NCBI GenBank assembly: GCA_965644265.1
Contig: OZ286465.1
Location: forward strand, 76,384,001-76,448,000
Source: Glycera tridactyla
Taxonomy: Eukaryota
Reading direction: 5' to 3'
DNA: 64,000 nt
Below are positions 11,663 to 20,729 of this stretch, piece by piece. The notes beneath the pieces were generated by a model. The model had not been told where the DNA came from. It ran no database searches and saw nothing but the letters and a program-made list of their open reading frames with translations. Both the position numbers and the translations under genes were made by a program. Within the stretch, counting starts at the first letter, position 1, and every line of letters starts with the position of its first letter.

Positions 11663-13837
11663 ATGAAATTCAAACACCCTTTCAAGAACTCGACGCCAGA
11701 GAAGGTGAGCGATAATAGCCAAACCAGAACACCAGAAAACAACACATCGGAACAGTCTAGCATTGGATTCGAACCCAAAGCTGTGCCCACGCTAAAACTC
11801 AAGCCTAGAACAATGCTAGACTCCAACACGGGCGATGGGATATCTGGGTCAAGCAGGCAGAGCGGAACCACAGCTGATGAAAACGAATTCGAGCAGGGGG
11901 GTCACTCGTCAAGATATGGGGCATCATCCCCGGCGCTATGTCGGGGATACACCGAATCAGACACCGACCCCCGCGTGCACACTAAGAAGAATCTTCCTGT
12001 ATCAACCTCACCATCCTCCACGCTATGTGGGGGAAAATGCGCTAATGCTGAGGAATGTGATGCAGGTCCACTGAATCTCTCATCAGATGTAGGGTCAGAA
12101 TCATCCGTTGTCATCTATGAAAGTGCAAATGTAGACGAAGATGAGGGTGGGGACGAGGACCAGTCCCATATAGGCAGAAATGAGCGAATAGGTGTAATGA
12201 CCAGATCAAATTCGTCAAAACTAGATGTAAACTTTCTACAAAAGTCGGAGGTGCACCCCCCAAACATCGAGACGCAATATGAATCTACGATCTCCAGAGC
12301 GAAACCCCTGCCCGCCAATACCAACGCAGGAAAGGTCTCATTCATATCGCACTTCAAAGCGTGGAATGCACCACACTGGCATAGACTAACTAAATCGAAG
12401 AGATCGCGAAGCTGTGCCAGTATCAATCATCTAGCAAAAACAGACCAAATCGCCTACGAAAAAACCCAGGACGACCAGAACGTAGAATGCTCAGATGAAG
12501 CTTTCATGAACTTGCTAAGGCCGTCTAATATAAACCAAACACAAGCGCAATCATTACCTACGATAGACCCACCCAAAAGACGCAGCATGGCGAAAACACC
12601 AGCCGGGAAACAACTCAGAATGTTCGAAATCTTTAAGCCCGAATCCACTAGGAATAAGCGAGAATTTGATGTAATAACGTCTCCAGAACAAATTCTCCCC
12701 CACGAAACACCAAGTGAAAAAAGGGCACACAAAAAATCGTCATCAGCATCTCCAGAATGCCCTGCTCTTAACCTATCACTCAGTGACGATGATGGCGAAA
12801 TTAGTCCTATACAATCAGCACAAAGATCTCCGAAGCTAGATGAATCAAACATGGAAGTTGATTCCCATGCAAATGCAATCTCTCCAAGCGTTCATTCAAA
12901 TAATCCACCAGATCCACCAGGTAACACCTCGAATGTAGAGACTGCACACATGCAAAGTCTCCGCGCGAAAACCTCTCCAACAACTGATGTGTGCAAAAAC
13001 ATCAATGGAACTGGGAAAAATGATCTAGTGTCGTTGCGGGAAGAAATCAAAGCTGACCTTTACGAACTACTGAAAGCTGAACTGCGCACAGAGATAATTC
13101 ATGAAGTGACAGTTGAAGTCAAAATGAAGATCAAGGAAGAGCTACTAGAAGACATGGCAAAAGAGAAGCATGAAGACCTCGAGGCAAAGATCCAAGTTGC
13201 GATGAAGTCATACGACAAGGCCAAAGAAGAGATAAGTAAAGTGCAAGATATAGCCAAACGCAGAGAAATAAAACAAGAAATCACCACAGAAATTGGAAAA
13301 GAACTTGTCGCAATCAACATCAAAATGGACACGTTGAGCAAAAAAGTCATTAATCCAAAACATGACGATGTATTAGAACCTAGGACGCTTGAGGGGCCAA
13401 CAATAGAACAACCACCACAAGGATGTGTGAACTGTACTAAAATCGAACAATTGGCTACTCGCATTGAAAATCTTGAACTGATGGATAGACTTGGCAGTCT
13501 CGTGATTGAAGGGGTACCAATCGACCCCGAATACTCGATCAGTGAAAACGTAGCTTATCACATAAATCTCTGGTTAGGCTTGAGCATAGGTCAAGAGCAC
13601 ATAGTGAAGTGTTCCTTCCTGGGAAAGCCCGGAAAAGGACAACGGCCCGTCCTCATAAGGTTGAATAGTTTACATCTCAAACGTCACATCTTGAAATCCA
13701 AAGGTAAGCTGAGAGGGTCACATATCTTCGTGAAGGAGTTTCTCACGACTAAAAACAATAGAGTAATGTACAACGCCAGACACGCAGGTAAAGCCAAGTC
13801 ACTGGCAAAGGTATGGACCCATGATGGGCTCATTTGA
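11663..13837 (+). CDS. LINE ORF1p: long S/T/P/E-rich disordered N-terminus, coiled coil, CxxC, L1-type RRM + CTD
   Basis: 724-aa ORF. The E/K/L heptad-like region lies at about 13020-13340. The C-terminus, LELMDRLGSLVIEGVP...RPVLIRL...KLRGSHIFVKEFLT...WTHDGLI, matches the RRM/CTD ORF1 pattern of L1-type and CR1/Crack-group elements. Confidence 0.85.
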   Translation: MKFKHPFKNSTPEKVSDNSQTRTPENNTSEQSSIGFEPKAVPTLKLKPRTMLDSNTGDGISGSSRQSGTTADENEFEQGGHSSRYGASSPALCRGYTESDTDPRVHTKKNLPVSTSPSSTLCGGKCANAEECDAGPLNLSSDVGSESSVVIYESANVDEDEGGDEDQSHIGRNERIGVMTRSNSSKLDVNFLQKSEVHPPNIETQYESTISRAKPLPANTNAGKVSFISHFKAWNAPHWHRLTKSKRSRSCASINHLAKTDQIAYEKTQDDQNVECSDEAFMNLLRPSNINQTQAQSLPTIDPPKRRSMAKTPAGKQLRMFEIFKPESTRNKREFDVITSPEQILPHETPSEKRAHKKSSSASPECPALNLSLSDDDGEISPIQSAQRSPKLDESNMEVDSHANAISPSVHSNNPPDPPGNTSNVETAHMQSLRAKTSPTTDVCKNINGTGKNDLVSLREEIKADLYELLKAELRTEIIHEVTVEVKMKIKEELLEDMAKEKHEDLEAKIQVAMKSYDKAKEEISKVQDIAKRREIKQEITTEIGKELVAINIKMDTLSKKVINPKHDDVLEPRTLEGPTIEQPPQGCVNCTKIEQLATRIENLELMDRLGSLVIEGVPIDPEYSISENVAYHINLWLGLSIGQEHIVKCSFLGKPGKGQRPVLIRLNSLHLKRHILKSKGKLRGSHIFVKEFLTTKNNRVMYNARHAGKAKSLAKVWTHDGLI

Positions 13838-14368
13838 AATGAAGACAGCCAACCAGAACTGATTACTGAGACTTCAGATTTCCGCTCGACAGGTAAACCC
13901 GACCAAAGACAGGTATCAAACAACGATTCTGCCCCATCCAACAACCCAAACCCAAACGTAGCAAGTCAAACTCTACCGAATTACAACTATAATGAGAAAA
14001 ACATAGTGGGGATGGGATCCACAGAGGGTAAGAGACCTGAAACCATGGCGCATCGATCACACCCCAACACCTTGCATACACACCCAAGGCCCAATACAGT
14101 GGAATCTATCTACCAGGCGCAGACCCAATTAAACTTGACACAGGTACCTATAAACGAAAATAAGTACCTAACCAATGCACAAAACATGGGTCCACGAAGC
14201 AATCTGAGAGCAAGCGCATCCCCATACGTACCAACCTATCAACATAGATATCCCCTACAAATCATGCGCCCTCTTTTGAGGCCGACAGGCCCAATCGACA
14301 GAATACTGCCCACGCCTATTGGGTGGCAATACCCACCAGGTCCGACACGCATGCCCTGGCAATCATAA
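13838..14368 (+). CDS. in-frame 176-codon continuation of ORF1 after a single TGA (N/P/Q/R-rich tail)
   Basis: I translated 13838-14005 by hand: it has no stops and is in the same frame as 11663 and the listed ORF 14006..14368. Only the TGA at 13835-13837 interrupts a 901-codon frame. Confidence 0.65.
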   Translation, partial: NEDSQPELITETSDFRSTGKPDQRQVSNNDSAPSNNPNPNVASQTLPNYNYNEKNIVGMGSTEGKRPETMAHRSHPNTLHTHPRPNTVESIYQAQTQLNLTQVPINENKYLTNAQNMGPRSNLRASASPYVPTYQHRYPLQIMRPLLRPTGPIDRILPTPIGWQYPPGPTRMPWQS

Positions 14369-14845
14369 ACCGATTATACAACGACGATATCATGGCTTAT
14401 GTGCCAATCTATCGAAGAAATTACATTCGACGACCTGCACCTAAACTTGTAAGTACTTTGCGTTTAATCACACGACTTCATATCGAATATAAACGCACTG
14501 AACTTTAATATTCGACGAACTCAAATGTAAACAAGTCAAAGACAACACCGCTAGCAGAATAGCAGTCATGGTTGACCGATCGCAATCTGAACGACCTGGC
14601 GTGTCCTGAGCAGGACAACCACAATCAGCTGATCGACGCTCTCGAACTTCGGTGACATCGAAAAGTGAAGGCAGATACTCATATCATAAGACCAATTCAG
14701 AAGCTGGTCTTGAATTCACGCTACACGAAATAGATCCTTGAATAAAATAAAATAATATCGCAGCTGTATAAATTTAATGATGTACACCACTATAAAAATC
14801 ATATGGTTAGCAATGAAATTAACCAAAGCCTGATTATGTTCCTAG

Positions 14846-15670
14846 GTGTGCACGACTGGCGATGAAAACCAGGCCAGACAGCGCTTACACCCCACTGGGC
14901 CGGATAAACTACACAACGCTAGTAAGATACTGCGCGACTATGGGCATCCGAATATCCTATTCCTGGGAGCCTCTCAAGTATGCCGATTAGAGACAGCATT
15001 GAAGGAGCTCCATCACTCAAATGAGGTGAAACCATTCTTACGCGGCGCGAAATATCTAGGAATTGGAGGATCGAAGTTCTGGCGACTCATTCCCAATCTA
15101 AATGGCACCGAAATGAGTCCCAAAAAAATCATTCAGTATGGAAATCAATGGTCTTCCCTGTTAGACAGTGGCTGGTCCCCTGATTACATTATATTTATGG
15201 TGGGAGGGAACGACTGTGACGATTGGTACTCTCACACAGTCACCATTCGTTCGGTATACGAAGAACCGCAGGTCTCAGAAGTAATCAAGTCAGACATGAA
15301 AACTTGGGAGGAAGAGTTACTACCAGAAATAAAGGCAATGATGAAAACCGTTGCTGACACCTTTCCATCTGCGCAAATGGGATTTGTGCCCATTTTTCCA
15401 CGCAGCTGGTGGAACAAAGATACCAGAGACCTACTTCACCACCTCAACTTCAAGTTTCATAAAGACCTCAAAAAGTCTTTCAAGATTAAACCAATCGAGA
15501 TGCGCCATCTGTATGTCAAAGTACAGAAACCCCCAATTGGGTCCGGCATCCCCGATGATATCATGCCGGGTCTACTAATGAAGGATAATGTCCACCTGAA
15601 CCGAAATGGCTATCAGGTGATGCTCAGAGACCTGCTCCCCACAATCATGGATTTTTGGAAAAATAAATAG
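14846..15670 (+). CDS. SGNH/GDSL-family hydrolase (esterase), standalone ORF inside the LINE
   Basis: All four blocks are present in order: I NILFLGASQV (Ser codon 14972-14974), II GIGGS, III IFMVGGND, V KDNVHLNRNGY. There is no in-frame ATG before block I; the ORF starts at a GTG directly after a TAG. Confidence 0.85.
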   Translation: MCTTGDENQARQRLHPTGPDKLHNASKILRDYGHPNILFLGASQVCRLETALKELHHSNEVKPFLRGAKYLGIGGSKFWRLIPNLNGTEMSPKKIIQYGNQWSSLLDSGWSPDYIIFMVGGNDCDDWYSHTVTIRSVYEEPQVSEVIKSDMKTWEEELLPEIKAMMKTVADTFPSAQMGFVPIFPRSWWNKDTRDLLHHLNFKFHKDLKKSFKIKPIEMRHLYVKVQKPPIGSGIPDDIMPGLLMKDNVHLNRNGYQVMLRDLLPTIMDFWKNK

Positions 15671-16033
15671 GCTACTTGTTGACCCAAGACCATCCAGAGT
15701 TTAAATATCAGCTACGGATTAAATCAGATTGTTTGAAACACAGACGATGACATCAGATGAATACTATGAAATTGTTGGCACTTTAGCAGCCTAGACATTC
15801 AAGTGAATATTGTTTTAAAATACGTGAACCTACAATGTTATCACAATGCTGTCATGATCTGTTGTTGTAAATGCAGAACTTATAATACAGACTGGAAGTG
15901 AACTTGAGTAACTCACAACATATTGATTGAAGTCGTCGAAACTTTCTCCAGTATATGAGGTAATGCTCACAAAGAATATACACCAAAATCTGATCGCTAT
16001 TGATGCTTAGCCAACTGGTGCGTATGCCATGAT

Positions 16034-16589
16034 GGGATGAAAGGGGGAGCAGAGGGGGGAGGGGAGGATGTCGTGTTCACATATATATGTTTGATATGCA
16101 ACTCTTCTTCCTTTACCTCACTTTCTTTGACTATGGACCATCTCACAAGTGTGCCCAACTAAGTGGTGGGATGTAGGGATGAAAGGGAATAGGGGTAGGG
16201 GGACTCGACATAACGCAACCAATCCAATGTTTGTATTACAATGCAGCTACCTGCAACCTCGAACTTATGTTGTATAACAAATAAACCAATTCTGTAGAGG
16301 TTATATATCCATCAAAAAATTATACCACTCGTTAAACTAAGGCCTGCCCGATCAATCAATATCAATGAATTAAATAAGTCTATAACTTTCAAGGACACAT
16401 GAATAACAGCAAGGTTTGGGATGAGGGGAGGGGGGGGGGCGGAGTGTCCAAGCATAAATCACTCTACATATAGGTACTTTTCTCGCCATATATTTCTCCA
16501 TATTTAGCTACCTTTCTTAAAATCTGGGCGATCTCGAGCCCATGCTTGCCATCGATAGTAGGAAGGGGTGGGGTAGGGGGGGGGGGGGG
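16034..16589 (+). repeat. four sense-strand G-tract clusters (putative G-quadruplexes) in a degenerate repeat
   Basis: Clusters at 16034-16064, 16168-16202, 16418-16439 and 16565-16589. Shared flanking words are GGGATGA(AA)GGG, CATAACGCA(A/C)CCAA and TGTTTGATATG(C/T)AACTCTT. Confidence 0.7.
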
Positions 16590-17111
16590 TTGTACGTCTC
16601 ATCATAACGCACCCAAGCTGGTGCTTGCATTGTCAGGTAGCAGACTGCTGCGCCGAATCCCTAGAGGGCCTGTTATAATGTCCATCCTTACTGCATGGAT
16701 CATCTGCCCAACCTATCGTGAGAGCGGAGTACAGTATTTGATGTCTGTTTGATATGTAACTCTTATACTGTATACTTTAAATGTCTACACTTGTGATAAT
16801 CAATGCTTTGTCTGTACTATGAGTATGTGTAGTTTCCTTCAAGTGCGGGAAATGAACTTGAATCACTCTCCCCTATGATGATGTATGATCTTTTTTGATT
16901 CTGGATTTGAGATCTAGGATCTTTGTACAAACACAATCAACAAACTACTTGATAGACTCCTGTTAGGAAACAGGAATCAATACTAGAGAACACGCTATCC
17001 TTCACTGTGTCATAATAGACCCGTGAAGATCTGATCTTTGATGTCAGTAAATAAGAGGTAAATTTTTTATCTGTCTCTCAAGAAAACCCATACAGAGACA
17101 AGCCAATCAAC

Positions 17112-20066
17112 ATGCCGCGATCAAGGAAATTCAAGTATCGATTTCCGAGTAACATGCCATTAAGCAACAGCACGTACAGCAGTATGTGTCTTTCTAACTT
17201 GCCAGGCATAGTAATAGGATCCCTGAATCTCCACAGTATCAGCAGGAAACTTGAAGATCTGTCTATCCTCTTGCATCATAGCCGAATTGATATAATTGGA
17301 ATTTCGGAAACTTATTTGAATAACTCAATAAGTGATGAGGAATTAATAATTAATGGCTACAAAGCCTACAGACAAGACAGAACGAGTGCCAGCAATAAAC
17401 GAGGAGGTGGAGGGATGCTTGTTTACTACCGGGACAGATATAACCTTGAATGTATACCAAGTCTATGTTTATGCACCCCAGATATTGAATTATTGACAGT
17501 ATGTTTGTATCTCAACAAGGCTCGCCCTGTTTATATTTTCTATGTGTATCGACCCCCAGACGGATCCATAATAAACTTCATTGAAAGCCTAGATAAATGT
17601 ATATCTAGCAAAGAGCTTCATTCCACCTGTGACATCATAGTTGAAGGGGATACGAACATCAACCTGCTGGACCCACTGACAACCAATAATCAATATGTAT
17701 TATTTACGGAAAAACATGGACTGCACCATATGATGAAAAGTCCCACACGTGTCACCCCACACAGTCAAACATGTATAGATCATGTAATTGTCTCAAGCCC
17801 AGAGTACTATGTATATGGTGGAACAGTTGATCCAGGATTAAGTGATCATAATCTAGTATACATCTCACGCCACCGCCCAAAAATATCAAATTTGAAAAAA
17901 ATGTCTGAAATTAGATCAAAAAAGAATTTCAATGCAGACAACTTCAGCAAAGACCTTACAACCCAGGACTGGTCTGATGTACTAGAATGTCAAGATACGT
18001 CCTTGGCGACCGAACATTTTAACAACAAATTCTTAAGTACGCTCGATATGCATGCCCCGAAGAAACTAATTCCCCTACGAGAACATCACTTCCCATGGCT
18101 GAATGAGGACTATAGATTGTTACAGGAACTGTGTACTAAGCTTAGCAAAAAATATAACAAGCATCCTACAGCTCTATCCCTGGCTATGAAAAAGGACGCT
18201 TATCTACATCGTAATATTCTAAAGCGCTTGCTCAAGCGTGACTATATAATGACTAGATTACTCAAAAATAAAAATAATAGTAAAAAATTGTGGCAAGATA
18301 TTAAAAAGCTGTGGCCCTTCAAACGAAAGGGACACACAACCCCATGTATCGAAGATTTACCAGATGAAAATAAGACATTACATATAGCAAATAATATGAA
18401 TAAATATCTCATCAATGTGAGTACAGAACTTGATAAGAAAATTGGTCAACCAACAAATATTGGTGACGCTATGTACATGAATAAAAGTCAAAATTTTGAG
18501 TTATCTGAGATAGATGATATGACCTTACTTAAGAGCATTAAGCGACTAAGTAACTCACCAGCAATTGGAAGTGATGGACTCAGCAGCTCATATCTGAAAA
18601 TAGCGAGCCAAGGAATCCTGCTGCCCTTGAGACATATCTGTAATAAGTCCATCAATAGCAACACCTTCCCAAGTATGTGGAAAAAAGCAATTGTTACCAT
18701 ACTTCACAAAGGGGGATCACCATCTGATCTTGGGAACTTCAGGCCCATATCTGTACTCCCAGTACCTAGCAAAGTCCTTGAACGACTAGTTCACGACCAG
18801 ATTTACGACTATGTAACAAAAAACGATTTACTGTGTCGAAGGCAGTTTGGGTTCAGGAAGGGACACTCGACTGGTACATGTCTCCTTGATTTCTTAGATG
18901 GAGTTTATAGCAATGCTGATCAAGGTAGATTATGTGGTGTGCTCTTCCTGGACCTGAAAAAGGCCTTCGACACGGTAAACCACTCTGTATTACTCAGAAT
19001 TCTTAGGAACATAGGCATGGGGGAAAGTCTTATCTGCTGGGTTAGGTCATATTTGTCGTCTCGAATTCAATGTGTGAAGATTGACCAAACCAAATCTGAA
19101 TATGAATCTGTCCTATGTGGAGTGCCCCAAGGTTCAATCTTGGGGCCACTCTTGTTTATTTTATATATTGATGACATCTCGCGACAAGTGAAATACAGTA
19201 CACTGTTTCTTTACGCAGACGACACTGCGGTTTGTGTTTATGGGAATGATGTTAGCGAGATTGAGAGAGAATTGAGTCACGACTTGCTGCATATTTCAGA
19301 ATGGTTCAAGAATGTCAGGCTTTCGCTAAATCTGAGCAAAACAAAAAGTATGTTACTCGGTACTCATCAACGTATTAGACTCGCTAGAAAGCTCAACATA
19401 ACTGTAGATAATGTTGAAATACAAAATGTCACGAGATTTAAATACTTAGGAACAATGTTGGACAGCAGCCTGACATTCAAGGACCATGTGGATTATGTAA
19501 TCAAAAAGGTTGATACCAGGAGACGAGCATTGTACCATCTACGGCCCTCGATCTCCAAGGATGTTGCTATATTTTTGTATAAAACTCTCATACACCCACT
19601 CTTTCTATACGTTGACTACGTATATGATGCATGTGGCAAAACATCTGGCACTCGACTCCAGACATGCCAAAACAGATGCCTCAGCGTGATCTGTGAACGT
19701 GGCTGGCACTACTCAGCCAGTGATTTGCATAGGGAGCTAGAAATTGAATCATTAAGAATTACCAGACAGAAAAATGTGCTAATTGAAGTCTTCAAGGCTG
19801 TTAATAATTTAGGACCACCGAGAATGTCAGAACTGTTTGAAAAAATAAAACCAAACCCATGTGTGAACACCAGGTCAAACACTAGAATAGAAAATACGTA
19901 TGATCTCAGGCGAAAAAGGACCAAGTTACATTTTGCAGATGCTAATATTAGCATCAGAGGGGTGATATATTGGAACAATCTGAGCAGTGATTTGCGTGGA
20001 CATCAGACACTAAACGGCTTCAGGAATGCGATAAAGACTGTCGCACTATGTGACAGCCACCTTTAG
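17112..20066 (+). CDS. LINE ORF2p: apurinic-like endonuclease + reverse transcriptase
   Basis: 984 aa with no stops. APE motifs: GSLNLHS, ISETYL, DR..GGGM, VYRPP, GDTN, IDH, SDH. RT motifs: NFRPIS, QFGFR, FLDLKKAFDTV, GVPQGSILGPLLF, YADD, LNLSKTK, FKYLG. The terminus has WNNL...GFR. Confidence 0.97.
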   Translation: MPRSRKFKYRFPSNMPLSNSTYSSMCLSNLPGIVIGSLNLHSISRKLEDLSILLHHSRIDIIGISETYLNNSISDEELIINGYKAYRQDRTSASNKRGGGGMLVYYRDRYNLECIPSLCLCTPDIELLTVCLYLNKARPVYIFYVYRPPDGSIINFIESLDKCISSKELHSTCDIIVEGDTNINLLDPLTTNNQYVLFTEKHGLHHMMKSPTRVTPHSQTCIDHVIVSSPEYYVYGGTVDPGLSDHNLVYISRHRPKISNLKKMSEIRSKKNFNADNFSKDLTTQDWSDVLECQDTSLATEHFNNKFLSTLDMHAPKKLIPLREHHFPWLNEDYRLLQELCTKLSKKYNKHPTALSLAMKKDAYLHRNILKRLLKRDYIMTRLLKNKNNSKKLWQDIKKLWPFKRKGHTTPCIEDLPDENKTLHIANNMNKYLINVSTELDKKIGQPTNIGDAMYMNKSQNFELSEIDDMTLLKSIKRLSNSPAIGSDGLSSSYLKIASQGILLPLRHICNKSINSNTFPSMWKKAIVTILHKGGSPSDLGNFRPISVLPVPSKVLERLVHDQIYDYVTKNDLLCRRQFGFRKGHSTGTCLLDFLDGVYSNADQGRLCGVLFLDLKKAFDTVNHSVLLRILRNIGMGESLICWVRSYLSSRIQCVKIDQTKSEYESVLCGVPQGSILGPLLFILYIDDISRQVKYSTLFLYADDTAVCVYGNDVSEIERELSHDLLHISEWFKNVRLSLNLSKTKSMLLGTHQRIRLARKLNITVDNVEIQNVTRFKYLGTMLDSSLTFKDHVDYVIKKVDTRRRALYHLRPSISKDVAIFLYKTLIHPLFLYVDYVYDACGKTSGTRLQTCQNRCLSVICERGWHYSASDLHRELEIESLRITRQKNVLIEVFKAVNNLGPPRMSELFEKIKPNPCVNTRSNTRIENTYDLRRKRTKLHFADANISIRGVIYWNNLSSDLRGHQTLNGFRNAIKTVALCDSHL

Positions 20067-20391
20067 TGCATGCTGAGCATGGGTGCTGGTGTCTGGGCTG
20101 ATGGCTGCAATGATCGTTCCGGTATCTAAATCTTTGGGCTATATACTCATAACATGCATAGAAATCAAATCAAATTGCTAATGCCAATATGTTTCTAATA
20201 TCAATTCACATTATTACCAACGGTCTGGAGACTGATGCGCTATGTATCAGCCAACTCCAACCCGGGATATGGCATCCCTAACGGCCAGGAGCGGAACTAC
20301 ACTAATATACCATCACCACTAGATGGATGCTTACACAACAACCACGACAAAAGGTATGCATACAATAGCAGGGTGTATGCACGTGCTCTGT

Positions 20392-20550
20392 ATGCCTGAT
20401 AATGATATGCTGGTCTGTCTGTGGACAGCAAGCAGCGTATCAAATTGTATATATGGTAGCAAAAATGTGAAAGAATGCCTGAACAAGATATGCCGGTCTG
20501 TCTGCGAACAGTAAGCAGCGTATCTAATTGCATAGATGATAGCAAAAATG
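20392..20550 (+). repeat. 83-bp-period imperfect tandem duplication in the LINE 3'UTR
   Basis: 20392-20467 aligns with 20475-20550 with 11 mismatches in 76 nt by manual count. Confidence 0.9.
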
Positions 20551-20729
20551 AGCATGAATGGGATATAAAAGTGAAGCAAGGATGTGATTATAAGTGCTGC
20601 AACACGATTCAGAACCTGAACAGCTACAAAATGACTACCACGCACATGGTTGATATGACATCTGTATATATTGGGAAAATTGTTATGAGAAATTGTCTGT
20701 TGTTACTCGTCCGCAGAAGCGCGTAATAC

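Noticed and set aside
11470-13944. Antisense ORFs overlapping ORF1 and ORF2 (also 18488..18700 and 19709..19978)
   Set aside because: Shadow frames of real coding sequence with no motifs.
11483-20654. 9-bp direct repeat ATGGTTGAT (11483, 20646) as TSD
   Set aside because: It would leave the element without a tail or hairpin and does not restore the flanking frame; a chance match is plausible.
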